From: Chlamydiota bacterium
GTDB lineage: Bacteria > Chlamydiota > Chlamydiia > Chlamydiales > RGXB01
NCBI GenBank assembly: GCA_947494155.1
Contig: CANLTW010000002.1
Span: 75,922-139,921, forward strand
Length of the DNA: 64,000 nt
Reading direction: 5' to 3'
In this document: positions 48,471 through 58,210 of the stretch, piece by piece
Position numbering within the stretch: the first letter of the stretch is position 1
Layout of the letters: each line of letters opens with the position of its first letter
The notes under the pieces: generated by a model
Told to the model about the DNA's origin: nothing
What the model saw: only the letters and a program-made list of their open reading frames with translations
The model's database searches: none
Program-made: the position numbers and the translations under genes

Positions 48471-50045
48471 ATGCAAATGTACCAGCCCATCGCCCGTAAG
48501 TACAGGCCAAAACTTTTCCAAGAGGTTATTGGACAACAGATTGTCATCGATACTCTACAAAATGCGATCAAAAACGGGAGAGTTGCCGCAAACTATCTTT
48601 TTTCGGGAACAAGGGGGACGGGAAAAACCACGATAGCAAGGCTATTTGCCCGCGCAATCAACTGTGAGAATCCCTCTAAAGTGGCGGAACCCTGTAATCT
48701 TTGTCCTAGTTGCCTCCAAATGTTAGGGGGAGCTTCGATGGAGCTGATGGAGATCGATGGAGCCTCCAACCGTGGTATTGATGATATCCGATTGATCAGC
48801 GAGGGGGTTGCTTTCGCCCCTCCAAAAGGGCGATTTCGCGTCTACTTGATAGATGAAGTGCATATGTTAACAAAAGAGGCCTTCAACGCTCTGTTAAAAA
48901 CATTGGAAGAGCCCCCGTCTTATGTAAAATTTTTCTTTGCGACTACCGAGCCACACAAAGTCCCCTTAACCATTCAAAGTCGCTGCCAAAAGTTTGATCT
49001 GCAAAGAATTCGACTTGATACTATTGTGACGAAACTCCAGTCAATTGTAAATGATGAGCACCTCAAAGCCGATTTTGCCTCTTTGTCATTGATTGCCGAA
49101 GTTGCTCAAGGGAGTATGCGCGATGCCGAATCGCTTTTGGATCAGCTTTTGTGTACAGCAAATGGTGACCTATCTATTGAAATCGTGCGTGAATCTCTAG
49201 GCAAAGTCTCTAAAGAGGGGCTTTTTTTAATCGACCGTGCTATCCAAAAGCGTTCCATAGAGGATCTCAAAAAAGCCTCAGACTCCCTTTTGCTGTCGGG
49301 AAAAGAGACCTCTCTTTTGATAGAGGATCTCGCAGAGCATATGCGTAATCACCTTCTATGTTTACAAAAAACATTGGATCCAAGGGCCTACCATTTGAGC
49401 GACGAGGAATTTAGCACCTATCAGGAACTAAGCAAAAATTACTCCCTGACATCCTTATTGGAAATGCTTGAGCTCATCTACCCTTTTTTCCATCAACCCA
49501 CCAGACCTTTTCTCTCTCATCAGCAGTTTGAAACCCTATTGATCCTTTTGATGAAAAAAAGCCACCGCCCTTCGATATCAGCAATTGTGGAGCGTCTGGA
49601 AGAACTGGAAAAAAAATTAGTCGAAAGAGCCCCTTTTTCCCCAACTGAGGAGTGCATCAAACTAGACACCCCTTTAGAAACCCCCTGTGGCTCCTCTTTA
49701 CCTATTGTGTCAAACTCCCCCTTAGCTGCCCGGCCAGAAGAGAGGAATCCCCCCGCTTTTTCCCCTCTATTTTTGGAAAAACAGACCCCAACACCTTTTA
49801 ACCCCGATTCCTCTGACGATCTGTCTGAAAAAAAGCTTTTTGTTGAAGAACCTCTACAACAAAAAGACGAAAAGGACAATGAAGCCCCCCTTATTCAGGC
49901 AGCAACACCTATTGCCACCAATACCTCAGCCCCTGCTGCAACTTCTGTAAGCGTCTCTCCCTCTTTGACCCTTTTACCGGCAAGTGTGCGCCACCAAAAC
50001 CTCATCCAATTTGCCCTTGTGGAGTGGAACGCTGTACCTCAATAA
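48471..50045 (+). CDS. dnaX: DNA polymerase III tau/gamma subunit
   Basis: It carries ARKYRPKLFQEVIGQ, GTRGTGKTT, a Zn module CxxCxxC and SRCQKF. The C-terminal ~160 aa is Pro/Ser-rich low complexity. Confidence 0.93.
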   Translation: MQMYQPIARKYRPKLFQEVIGQQIVIDTLQNAIKNGRVAANYLFSGTRGTGKTTIARLFARAINCENPSKVAEPCNLCPSCLQMLGGASMELMEIDGASNRGIDDIRLISEGVAFAPPKGRFRVYLIDEVHMLTKEAFNALLKTLEEPPSYVKFFFATTEPHKVPLTIQSRCQKFDLQRIRLDTIVTKLQSIVNDEHLKADFASLSLIAEVAQGSMRDAESLLDQLLCTANGDLSIEIVRESLGKVSKEGLFLIDRAIQKRSIEDLKKASDSLLLSGKETSLLIEDLAEHMRNHLLCLQKTLDPRAYHLSDEEFSTYQELSKNYSLTSLLEMLELIYPFFHQPTRPFLSHQQFETLLILLMKKSHRPSISAIVERLEELEKKLVERAPFSPTEECIKLDTPLETPCGSSLPIVSNSPLAARPEERNPPAFSPLFLEKQTPTPFNPDSSDDLSEKKLFVEEPLQQKDEKDNEAPLIQAATPIATNTSAPAATSVSVSPSLTLLPASVRHQNLIQFALVEWNAVPQ

Positions 50046-50077
50046 AATCTGAAAATGGAAAATCACTAAGGAAACCT

Positions 50078-50344
50078 ATGGGAAGCGGATTTTTGAAAAA
50101 AAAGAAAGATCAACGCAATATCTCCGAGCAGCTAGAGAGGCTGACTCAAGAACTGAAATCAAAAGAATATGTGGGTCATGCCCCCTCACAATTAGTCGAG
50201 ATTACCCTAAGCGGAAATAAAGAGCTTAAACGGATCAAAATTAAAAAAGAGTGCGTTAATCCCGATGATGTTGAGGGTCTTGAGGACCTGATTCAAGCAG
50301 CTTATGAAGATGCAGAAAAGAAAATGGAGCACTTCCAGCTCTAG
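50078..50344 (+). CDS. ybaB: YbaB/EbfC nucleoid-associated protein
   Basis: It has the classic position after dnaX. The sequence V...GNKELKRIKIKKECVNPDDVEGLEDLIQAAYEDA fits the family. I prefer the ATG at 50078 over the GTG at 50024. Confidence 0.88.
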   Translation: MGSGFLKKKKDQRNISEQLERLTQELKSKEYVGHAPSQLVEITLSGNKELKRIKIKKECVNPDDVEGLEDLIQAAYEDAEKKMEHFQL

Positions 50345-50477
50345 TTAAAAAAACCTCGTCTAAAGGGTTTTTGTCTCCTCCCGCGCCTAAAAAAAAGTGC
50401 GGGGAAAAAAGGGTTCACTAATACTTAATATATAGAGTCGACGCTTCTTGCTTAGCTCTTAGCTTTTTTTGATGTAT

Positions 50478-52130
50478 TTAATGTAATAGAGTTTTTACCT
50501 CAAAAGAAGAGGTGGCTGCACAAACTTTTTCAGCAAGCAAAAAGGACTTTTTTCGTTCTGAAGTAAGGATTTTCCGTTTAATCTGGGGGATCTCATGAAA
50601 GGAACAGGAGAAATCGGTCGCTCCTAAACCTATTAAAAGCTCAGTAAATACAGGATTAGAGACAATTTCTCCACAAACACTAACCGGTTTACCCCAATCG
50701 GAGGCTTTTTGAATGATTTGGCGAATGGTTCTAAATAGTTCGGGCTGAAACGAACAAAAATCGGGCGAATCTCGGTGAATTTCGATCAAGGCTTGGGTCA
50801 AATCATTCGTTCCAATCGCTAGAAAATCGGCCACCTCGAGAATCCCGTCGAGCGCTTCTTCGGTTAAAGGGGTCTCGATCATCGCCCCCAAATGCACCTT
50901 GAGGGTCGATTCAAGATTATTTTGAAGCCGAAAAATCTCTTTTTGTATCAGCTCGAGCTCTTCTTTTTTTACAACGTATGGGATAAGAACAAAAAGGGGA
51001 GAGTTTTTTTGAGCTTTCATCAAAGAGCTCAGTTGCAGCTCTAAGATTTCGCTCCTCTCAATCAAATACTGAACAGAGCGCAGTTTTGCCCTCTTGGGAT
51101 CCAGATCATGGAGAAAATTTTTATCCCCTCCAAGATCAAAAAGGCGAAAGACAACTTTTTGGGGCTTGACCTCCTCTAAAATCGACTGGTAAAGGAGCGT
51201 CTGGCGCTCCTCGCAGAAGGCTATTTCCCTATCATGCAAAAGATAAAATTCTGTCCGGTATAGCCCTATTCCGTTTTTTAGCTCACTAGAATACTCCACG
51301 CCATCAAATGTGGAATAAATCCGCACCAATTGGCCATCTATCGTACACACTTCACCCGAAGTTCCCTCTGCAGATGAAAGTGTATTTGGTGCTTTTCCCG
51401 TGGATTCTAGAAAATCTGGAGATGGGTCTATGTAAAGAACCCCTTTTTGGGAATCCATAAGAACCATTTTCCCCTCGTAGGGTTCAAGCACCGAAAGATC
51501 CTCAAGCAACAAATGTCCAATAGCGCGACTCTTCAGAACTACTGAGGTGTGGGAAGCGCTTGAGCCGTTCAAACTAATGAACCCTTTTACCCCTTTCAAA
51601 GCTCCCTGTGCAGCCAAAGAGGGAGAAACCTCTTTCACACAGACAATAGCTCCTTGAAAAGTTTGCGGAATTTTTGGTTCCGCTCCGTGTAAATGGTAGG
51701 TAATACGGTATTGCAAATCTTTAAGATCCAGAATCCTTTCTCGAAAAAAGGGATCCAATGTTGCCTCAAGAGCCTCTACAACACCTTCAATCGCGCTCTC
51801 CAACGCTTGTTGCGCAGGAATATTTTCTGTGCGCATTTTACTTTCAATTTGCTGCGTAAATAGAGGATCGTCAAGGATCGAAAGATGGGCCTGAAAGATA
51901 CTTACCGAATCGAAATTTTCCATCGCGTTTAAGCGCTTTAAAAGAGCCTGTATCTCTTTTTTTGTTATAGCAAGCGCTTGATGGTATTTATGGATATTCT
52001 CCTCTAGATCCTGACAACACTCTTTTTTTTCCTGAAAAGATTTTTCCCTATAAATAACGAGGGGGCCCGACGCTACCCCTTTCAAAATAGATTTTCCTTC
52101 AAAATTCACTAAAGAGTGCGTTGTCATCAT
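50478..52130 (-). CDS. ptsI: Phosphoenolpyruvate-protein phosphotransferase (PTS enzyme I)
   Basis: The phospho-His context is GSSASHTSVVLKS. It also has RTEF, IGTNDLTQ and CGE. Confidence 0.92.
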   Translation of the reverse strand: MMTTHSLVNFEGKSILKGVASGPLVIYREKSFQEKKECCQDLEENIHKYHQALAITKKEIQALLKRLNAMENFDSVSIFQAHLSILDDPLFTQQIESKMRTENIPAQQALESAIEGVVEALEATLDPFFRERILDLKDLQYRITYHLHGAEPKIPQTFQGAIVCVKEVSPSLAAQGALKGVKGFISLNGSSASHTSVVLKSRAIGHLLLEDLSVLEPYEGKMVLMDSQKGVLYIDPSPDFLESTGKAPNTLSSAEGTSGEVCTIDGQLVRIYSTFDGVEYSSELKNGIGLYRTEFYLLHDREIAFCEERQTLLYQSILEEVKPQKVVFRLFDLGGDKNFLHDLDPKRAKLRSVQYLIERSEILELQLSSLMKAQKNSPLFVLIPYVVKKEELELIQKEIFRLQNNLESTLKVHLGAMIETPLTEEALDGILEVADFLAIGTNDLTQALIEIHRDSPDFCSFQPELFRTIRQIIQKASDWGKPVSVCGEIVSNPVFTELLIGLGATDFSCSFHEIPQIKRKILTSERKKSFLLAEKVCAATSSFEVKTLLH

Positions 52131-52137
52131 TTGGCCT

Positions 52138-53100
52138 CTAAAGTATATCTAAGGAGGTTTCTTTCGAACAAGCTTTCTTTGAAAGGGTATCTAAAAGCTT
52201 CACATTAAATTCTTTTGCTGAATTATATCCGGTCTCCTTAAGGCGATGATTCAAAACGATTGTCTCTAATAAAAGCACCACATCACGACCCGGTTTTACG
52301 GGCATAATATAAAAAGGGACCTTAATATTCAGTAATTCGCAAAACTTCTCTTCAAGACCAATTCTATCATAAAAATGGGTGTCGTCCCATTGTTCTAATT
52401 TGACAATAAGGTCTATTTTTTTAGACTCCGATATACAAACAGCCCCATAAAGATGGGCTACATTGATAATTCCTATTCCCCGTATTTCTAAAAGGTGGCG
52501 AGTGAGTTCAGGACCTGTCCCCTCAAGATACCCCCCTTTCTTTTTAGAGACTAGAACCACATCATCGGCAATCAACCGATGCCCCCTCTCAATCAATCCC
52601 AAAGCCGCTTCGCTCTTACCTACAGAGGAGTTCCCCTGGATCAAAAGCCCTATTCCAAAAACCTCCACAAGAGTTCCGTGACAGGACATGGTAGGGGCAA
52701 ATTCCTCCACCAAAATCACCGTCAGTCGGGTGATGAGGTTCATCGTTGATAGGCTTGAGCGGAATAATGGAATCCGTTTTTCATTGCAAATTTCTATGAG
52801 CTCTTTGGGGGGTCGGTACCTACGAGCTACAAAAATTGCCGGGAGCTTTTTTCCAAAAAGCAGAGATAAACGCTCCTTTCTTTCGTCTTGGGAAATGTCT
52901 TTGAGATACTCGATCTCAATTTTTCCAAAAACCAGGATACGCCTTTCAGAGCGATGTTTCAAATAGCCGCATAAAGCTAAGCCGGGGCGCTCCACCTCTG
53001 GAACAATAACTTTCTTCTCTTTAAGTCCGTCTGCACCCGCTGTAAGCTCAAGATTAAGGGGCTCTTTATACTTTTGCAAAAGCTCGTGAACGGTCAACAT
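52138..53100 (-). CDS. hprK: HPr kinase/phosphorylase
   Basis: The Walker A and signature region is GNSSVGKSEAALGLIERGHRLIADD, followed by LEIRGIGIINV. I prefer the start MLTVHELL at 53100. The ORF-track start is 53136. Confidence 0.9.
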   Translation of the reverse strand: MLTVHELLQKYKEPLNLELTAGADGLKEKKVIVPEVERPGLALCGYLKHRSERRILVFGKIEIEYLKDISQDERKERLSLLFGKKLPAIFVARRYRPPKELIEICNEKRIPLFRSSLSTMNLITRLTVILVEEFAPTMSCHGTLVEVFGIGLLIQGNSSVGKSEAALGLIERGHRLIADDVVLVSKKKGGYLEGTGPELTRHLLEIRGIGIINVAHLYGAVCISESKKIDLIVKLEQWDDTHFYDRIGLEEKFCELLNIKVPFYIMPVKPGRDVVLLLETIVLNHRLKETGYNSAKEFNVKLLDTLSKKACSKETSLDIL

Positions 53101-53282
53101 AAAAAGGATCCCAACCTTAAAGTTCCATCTTGCCAAAGATGGTATTACACTTGCAACAAACCCGTGAAGCGTTGCATTTTTTTACCTAATTTTTTTTAGC
53201 ATTACCAAGATTTTTTTGACTTTTTAGTATTCTCTGCATAAAAAGCTTATTTTTTTTTCTATGTTTGTTTAAGAAGAAAAGT

Positions 53283-54551
53283 ATGGAGAAGCATGTTGTA
53301 GTCATCGGAGGGGGATTTGCCGGGATTAATCTCATTCAAAAACTCAAAAAAGCTCCTTGCAGAATCACTCTCATCGACAGGATGAATTCCCACATCTTCC
53401 AACCCCTTCTCTATCAGGTGGCTACGGCAAGTCTGAGCGAATCCTCGATCTCGAAACCCTTGAGGGAGATCTTCAAAGACCAAAATAACGTCGAGGTGCG
53501 CATGGGTTTTGTGGTCCAAGTGGATAGGCAGCACAAAAAGATCCTCCTCCATGACGGTCATGAACTCTTTTATGATGAACTTGTTATTGCAACAGGTGCC
53601 AGACATTCCTATTTTGGTAACCCCCATTATGAGGCTTTGGCTCCGGGGCTCAAGACTCTCGAGGACGCCTACAAAATCAAACAAAAACTTCTTTTAGCTT
53701 TTGAACGTGCAGAAAAAGCTCAGAATTTTGAAGAGCTTATGGAGCACATGGTTTTTGTTGTGATTGGAGGCGGGCCCACAGGCGTAGAGCTTGCAGGTTC
53801 AATAGCGGAATTGAAAAATGACACTCTCAAAAAAAATTTCAGACATATCGATCCAAAAAAAGCCCGGGTTCTTTTGTTAGAGGGATTTCCAGAAGTACTC
53901 CCCGCCTATCCCGAACCCTTGCGTAAAAGGGCTCACCAAGATTTGGTTTCTTTGGGGGTGGAGGTATTGACCAACACCAAAGTTACAAATGTCCTACCTA
54001 ATGGGGTGGAAACTGAAAAAGGATTTTATCCTGCCGAAGCGGTCATCTGGGCTGCCGGTAATGAGGCCTCCCCTTTGCTAAAATCTCTTCATACCGAGCT
54101 AGACCGACAGGGCAGAGCAATCGTTGGACCCTATTTGCACCTACCTGAAGACCCCCATGTGTTTGTGATAGGCGATGCATCCCACTTCAAAGGGAGTGAG
54201 GGATCTCCTCTTCCCGGGATAGCTCCGGTAGCTATCCAAATGGGCGCCTATGTGGGCAACTTTCTCAAGAAAAAAACCCAAGGGCAAAAAGATCCCAAAC
54301 CATTCAGCTACTTTGATAAAGGGATGATGGCGACTATTGGCAGCTATAAAGCGGTTGCAGTCTCCGGAAAACTCCAATTACAAGGATTTATCGCCTGGCT
54401 AGCTTGGCTTCTGATTCACCTGGTCTATCTGGTCTCTTTTCGAAACCGTTTAGTGGTAGCACTGGATTGGATTGTCCATTATCTAACTGGACGAACAAGG
54501 ACCAATAGAGTGATCCTCAAGCCTATTGAAGAGCTCGAAAAAGAGAATTAG
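53283..54551 (+). CDS. ndh: Type II NADH dehydrogenase (NDH-2)
   Basis: There are two dinucleotide folds, VVVIGGGFAG and VVIGGGPTGVELAG, plus a C-terminal membrane-anchoring helix. Confidence 0.9.
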   Translation: MEKHVVVIGGGFAGINLIQKLKKAPCRITLIDRMNSHIFQPLLYQVATASLSESSISKPLREIFKDQNNVEVRMGFVVQVDRQHKKILLHDGHELFYDELVIATGARHSYFGNPHYEALAPGLKTLEDAYKIKQKLLLAFERAEKAQNFEELMEHMVFVVIGGGPTGVELAGSIAELKNDTLKKNFRHIDPKKARVLLLEGFPEVLPAYPEPLRKRAHQDLVSLGVEVLTNTKVTNVLPNGVETEKGFYPAEAVIWAAGNEASPLLKSLHTELDRQGRAIVGPYLHLPEDPHVFVIGDASHFKGSEGSPLPGIAPVAIQMGAYVGNFLKKKTQGQKDPKPFSYFDKGMMATIGSYKAVAVSGKLQLQGFIAWLAWLLIHLVYLVSFRNRLVVALDWIVHYLTGRTRTNRVILKPIEELEKEN

Positions 54552-54599
54552 ACTTTTTTTGCTTAAACAAAAGAAATTTTTCCTTTAACCTTTAGGGCA

Positions 54600-55748
54600 G
54601 TGCCTTACAAAAGCCCTTTCGTTAGACTGTTTCCAAATGAAAACCCGGCTCTTGTCGTTGCCCTAGGCATTCTCTTTTGCCCCCTTTTAACCCACTTAGA
54701 TTGCTTAAATAAAGCTCTGGTTGTTTTTTTAGTCATACCGATCGCCTGCATGCACCCGGTTCTATTCCTTCTGTCAGCTCTTATGGGGCTTTTTTACCCC
54801 TATTCCCCTTTAAAACCATTCGATATATCCCCCTTTTTTGCCCCGCTGCAAAAGGGGCTTGAACAGAGAATAGACGCGCTTTACTCAAGTGATATCGCCC
54901 TTTTTTATAAAACGTTTCTGCTGGGCAAATCTCCCGGTATATCTTTAGGCTTTTTGTTTCAATCTCTGGGGCTTAGTCATCTTTTAGCCATATCGGGTTT
55001 TCACTTTCAATCGATTCTTTCGACCTTTGATCTGTTATTATCCCGATTATCCAAAGGGCGCTTTACCTTGGTTTTTTTGATTTTAATAGCCAGCGGATAT
55101 GTTTTAGTTGTCCAGCTATCAAGCTCTGTTTTGCGCAGCTTTCTCTCTATTTTTTTGACCCTTCTTGCCCCTCTATGCAAAAGATTTCAGCATCCTAAAA
55201 ACACCTTTTATTTGTCTTTTATCCTTGTCTTTTTGGTTCTTTCCGAAAAGAGCTTTCAGATCGGCTCAGCTCTGAGTTTTTTAGCCACTTTTGGCATCCT
55301 CTTTTACAGCAAAAAAATAAATGCTTTCCTTGAGTCCCGTTTTGTGAAAAAATCTTTTTATTTGATCCCCCAGAGTAAAAATCTTTGTAAGAAATTTTTT
55401 TGCAATCTCTTGAGCCTAAATTTAGCCGTAACCTTTGTCACTTTGCCCTATATTTTACTCCATATCCAGAGCTTTCCTCCCTTGGCCTTAATTACCAATC
55501 TGATCTTCCCCCCCCTGATGTTGCCAACTCTTTTTTTATGTATTCTATCCATGTTCATCCCTATTCTATCCCCTTTATGTAGCTGGTATACGGGAAAAGT
55601 TCTTGCCCTCATGAGTGCAATTCCCAGACCTTTAACCTTCAACCTCTATCCCCCAAAAGATGCAGAGCCCCTACTTCAAACAATTCTCATCCTTATCGTG
55701 GGTATCGCAATTCTTCGCTCTTGCCATAAAACAGCGGATACTGTTTAA
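54600..55748 (+). CDS. comEC: ComEC/Rec2-family membrane channel core (competence domain only)
   Basis: The protein is polytopic and carries LGLSHLLAISGFHF, characteristic of the ComEC competence domain. At 382 aa it has no MBL nuclease domain. It uses a GTG start. Confidence 0.75.
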   Translation: MPYKSPFVRLFPNENPALVVALGILFCPLLTHLDCLNKALVVFLVIPIACMHPVLFLLSALMGLFYPYSPLKPFDISPFFAPLQKGLEQRIDALYSSDIALFYKTFLLGKSPGISLGFLFQSLGLSHLLAISGFHFQSILSTFDLLLSRLSKGRFTLVFLILIASGYVLVVQLSSSVLRSFLSIFLTLLAPLCKRFQHPKNTFYLSFILVFLVLSEKSFQIGSALSFLATFGILFYSKKINAFLESRFVKKSFYLIPQSKNLCKKFFCNLLSLNLAVTFVTLPYILLHIQSFPPLALITNLIFPPLMLPTLFLCILSMFIPILSPLCSWYTGKVLALMSAIPRPLTFNLYPPKDAEPLLQTILILIVGIAILRSCHKTADTV

Positions 55749-55766
55749 TATTTGATAAAGTTTCGT

Positions 55767-55840
55767 GGCGGACGTAGCTCAGTTGGTAGAGCTCCAGATT
55801 GTGGATCTGGCTGTCGCGGGTTCGAGTCCCGTCGTTCGCC
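55767..55840 (+). tRNA. tRNA-His (anticodon GTG) with encoded G-1
   Basis: The acceptor is gcggacg/cgttcgc with an extra 5' G opposite discriminator C. The anticodon arm is ccaga-ttGTGga-tctgg and the T-arm is gcggg-ttcgagt-cccgt. No CCA is encoded. Confidence 0.9.
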
Positions 55841-55881
55841 CTTCTTGCTTTAAATAAGCTTAATCCATACCCTTTAGGTAA

Positions 55882-58176
55882 ATGCCTAAAGTTTCGTTTA
55901 AAACAAATACACCTTCCGATGAAGAGTTCCAAAATAAACCCAGCGAAATATTCGGGTTTATTCTTTGTGCTCTTGCCCTGCTTTTACTATTAGCTCTCAT
56001 CTCTTTTCATCAACAAAAGCCCGAAGCTAATCTTCTCGGCTTAGTTGGGTATTTCGTGAGTTTTATTCTTAATTACCTGTTAGGAATTCAATCTTTTATG
56101 CTTGCATTTTTTCTGATTTTTTGGGGAGTGAAGCACCTGATTAAAGATCCTTTCGACAGGCCGGCGAATAAAATACTATTTTTTGCCCTTTTTCTATTAT
56201 CCTCTTGTATTCTTCTCTCTTTGATTGCTGGGAGCTCTGTGTTTTCCAACTTGAAGAAGTTTGTTCTTTTTGATACTGCGATCGCGGACGGCCCCTATCC
56301 TACAAAGATCACTAAAGTATTTTTAGGGGGAGTTCTTGCCGACTATATTTATCAGGGTATACCCTATTTTAACCTAAAAATTCTTCTCACTCCTACCGGT
56401 ACTTTTTTCAGCTTCCTTTTAGTTTTACTCATCTCTTTACTCTCCATTTTTGAGATCAGCCCTTTAGCTCTAGTAGATCACCTTAAAGATCGTTTTCTAA
56501 AAATGAAGAAAGAGGCTCCGACAGACGAAACAGCGACATTTAGCTTAACCTCTTTAGACGCTCCTAAGCGGGTTTGGCCAAGAAAACTCAAGACGCCTGA
56601 GGAGGATGCTATCGTTGAGGTGGATGTAGAGGAGCCTGTTTTTTCCGAAAAAAAAAGACTTTTACCCAAAATCAAAGCGAGTGAGCTTCTCCCAGCGGTA
56701 AAATTGGAAAGCAAAAAAAAGATCACCTCAAACGGTTACGAGCTCCCCCCTATTTCTCTCCTTACAGATGCTAAAAAGGTGGATCAACCTCTTTTGAAAA
56801 AAGATCTAGAGAGACAAGCGCGCATCCTTGAAGAGACCCTTTTGAGCTTCGGAATTGAGGGAAAAGTGGGAGAAATCAATTGTGGACCCACGATTACCTC
56901 ATTTGAGGTACACCCTGCAATTGGTGTCAAAGTCCAAAAGATCAAGGCGCTTGAAGATGACATAGCACTCAATCTTCAAGCAAAATCGATCAGGATTATA
57001 GCACCGATTCCGGGAAAGGCGGCGGTAGGGGTTGAGATCCCCTCACTAACAGCACAGGAGGTGGGCTTTAAGCAGATGCTTATCTCCTATCGCAATAATC
57101 CGAAAAAGTTTCACATCCCGGTTCTTCTAGGGAAAACTGTAAGCGGGGAGGAGGTGATCTGCGATCTATCGAAGATGCCTCACTGTTTGATTGCCGGCGC
57201 CACAGGATCAGGAAAATCGGTATGTATTAATACTATCATCATGTCGATTCTAATGAATGCATCCCCCGATGACATCAAACTCATCTTAGTCGATCCCAAA
57301 AAAGTTGAGCTCACCCCATTTAGTCATCTCCCCCATCTAATCGCCCCGGTGATCACTGAACCAAACGGTGCTTACGCCGCGCTCAAATGGATTGTGCAGG
57401 AGATGCAGTTACGCTATGAAATTTTGAAACAGCTAGGTGTAAGAAATATCCACTCTTTTAATACAAGAAAACAGGACGTTACTTTAGAGCAATCCTTGAG
57501 CATCCCTGTTCCAGAAAAGATGTTTCATATTGTAGCAATCATCGACGAGTTTGCAGACTTAATGATGTCAACTAACGCAGATTTAGAGACACCCATAGCC
57601 AGAATCGCCCAGATGGCGCGTGCCGTTGGAATCCACCTTGTTCTAGCGACACAGCGCCCATCACGAGAGGTGATTACCGGCCTCATTAAAGCAAACTTTC
57701 CGACGCGCATCGCATTTAAAGTTGCCAGCCGTATCAACAGTCAAATTATTTTAGATGATAATGGCGCCGAAGCTTTGCTAGGCAACGGAGATATGCTTTT
57801 TCTCCCTCCCCAGACATCCCAAATTTTGCGGGCGCAAGGGGTTTATATTCGGGACGAAGATATCAATCGGGTCGTCTCATTTATCCAAGATCAGCGCCCT
57901 GCAAATTATTTGATACAATCTTTTGACACACTTTCGGAAGATCCTCTTTTTGCTGATGATAACGAGGAGGGGGAAGGGAGCGATTCTCTTTACTCAAGAG
58001 CTCTAGAGATCGTTGTGCAGCACAACAACGCATCCACAACTTTTTTACAACGAAAATTAAAAATTGGATATGCGCGGGCCGCTAGCCTAATAGATGAGCT
58101 GGAGAGCAAGGGGATCATAAGCCCTCCGGATGGAGCCAAGGCAAGGAAAGTGCTATTTCGCCCCGATCTTGTTTAA
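55882..58176 (+). CDS. ftsK: DNA translocase FtsK
   Basis: It has N-terminal TM helices, a linker, a motor domain with GATGSGKS and DEFADL, and a C-terminal winged-helix gamma domain (ASTTFLQRKLKIGYARAASLIDELE). Confidence 0.93.
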   Translation: MPKVSFKTNTPSDEEFQNKPSEIFGFILCALALLLLLALISFHQQKPEANLLGLVGYFVSFILNYLLGIQSFMLAFFLIFWGVKHLIKDPFDRPANKILFFALFLLSSCILLSLIAGSSVFSNLKKFVLFDTAIADGPYPTKITKVFLGGVLADYIYQGIPYFNLKILLTPTGTFFSFLLVLLISLLSIFEISPLALVDHLKDRFLKMKKEAPTDETATFSLTSLDAPKRVWPRKLKTPEEDAIVEVDVEEPVFSEKKRLLPKIKASELLPAVKLESKKKITSNGYELPPISLLTDAKKVDQPLLKKDLERQARILEETLLSFGIEGKVGEINCGPTITSFEVHPAIGVKVQKIKALEDDIALNLQAKSIRIIAPIPGKAAVGVEIPSLTAQEVGFKQMLISYRNNPKKFHIPVLLGKTVSGEEVICDLSKMPHCLIAGATGSGKSVCINTIIMSILMNASPDDIKLILVDPKKVELTPFSHLPHLIAPVITEPNGAYAALKWIVQEMQLRYEILKQLGVRNIHSFNTRKQDVTLEQSLSIPVPEKMFHIVAIIDEFADLMMSTNADLETPIARIAQMARAVGIHLVLATQRPSREVITGLIKANFPTRIAFKVASRINSQIILDDNGAEALLGNGDMLFLPPQTSQILRAQGVYIRDEDINRVVSFIQDQRPANYLIQSFDTLSEDPLFADDNEEGEGSDSLYSRALEIVVQHNNASTTFLQRKLKIGYARAASLIDELESKGIISPPDGAKARKVLFRPDLV

Positions 58177-58210
58177 TCTTGTCTAGTACGGGAAAATTTA
58201 CACCTTTTTT

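Noticed and set aside
49551-49620. A7 and A8 runs in dnaX at the domain III boundary (atgaaaaaaagc, ggaaaaaaaatt), as a possible gamma-subunit frameshift or slippage site
   Set aside because: The A-run is not in the canonical X XXY YYZ phase. The -1 frame stays open for about 30 codons and the +1 frame for about 20, rather than stopping at once. I see no convincing downstream stem-loop. Homopolymer A/T runs of this length are common throughout the window.
53259-53684. A 141-aa minus-strand ORF
   Set aside because: It is antisense to the 5' part of ndh, whose GGGFAG dinucleotide fold is unambiguous.
55693-55993. ORFs of 79 aa (minus) and 64 aa (plus) around nt 55800
   Set aside because: They overlap tRNA-His, so the open frames are incidental.
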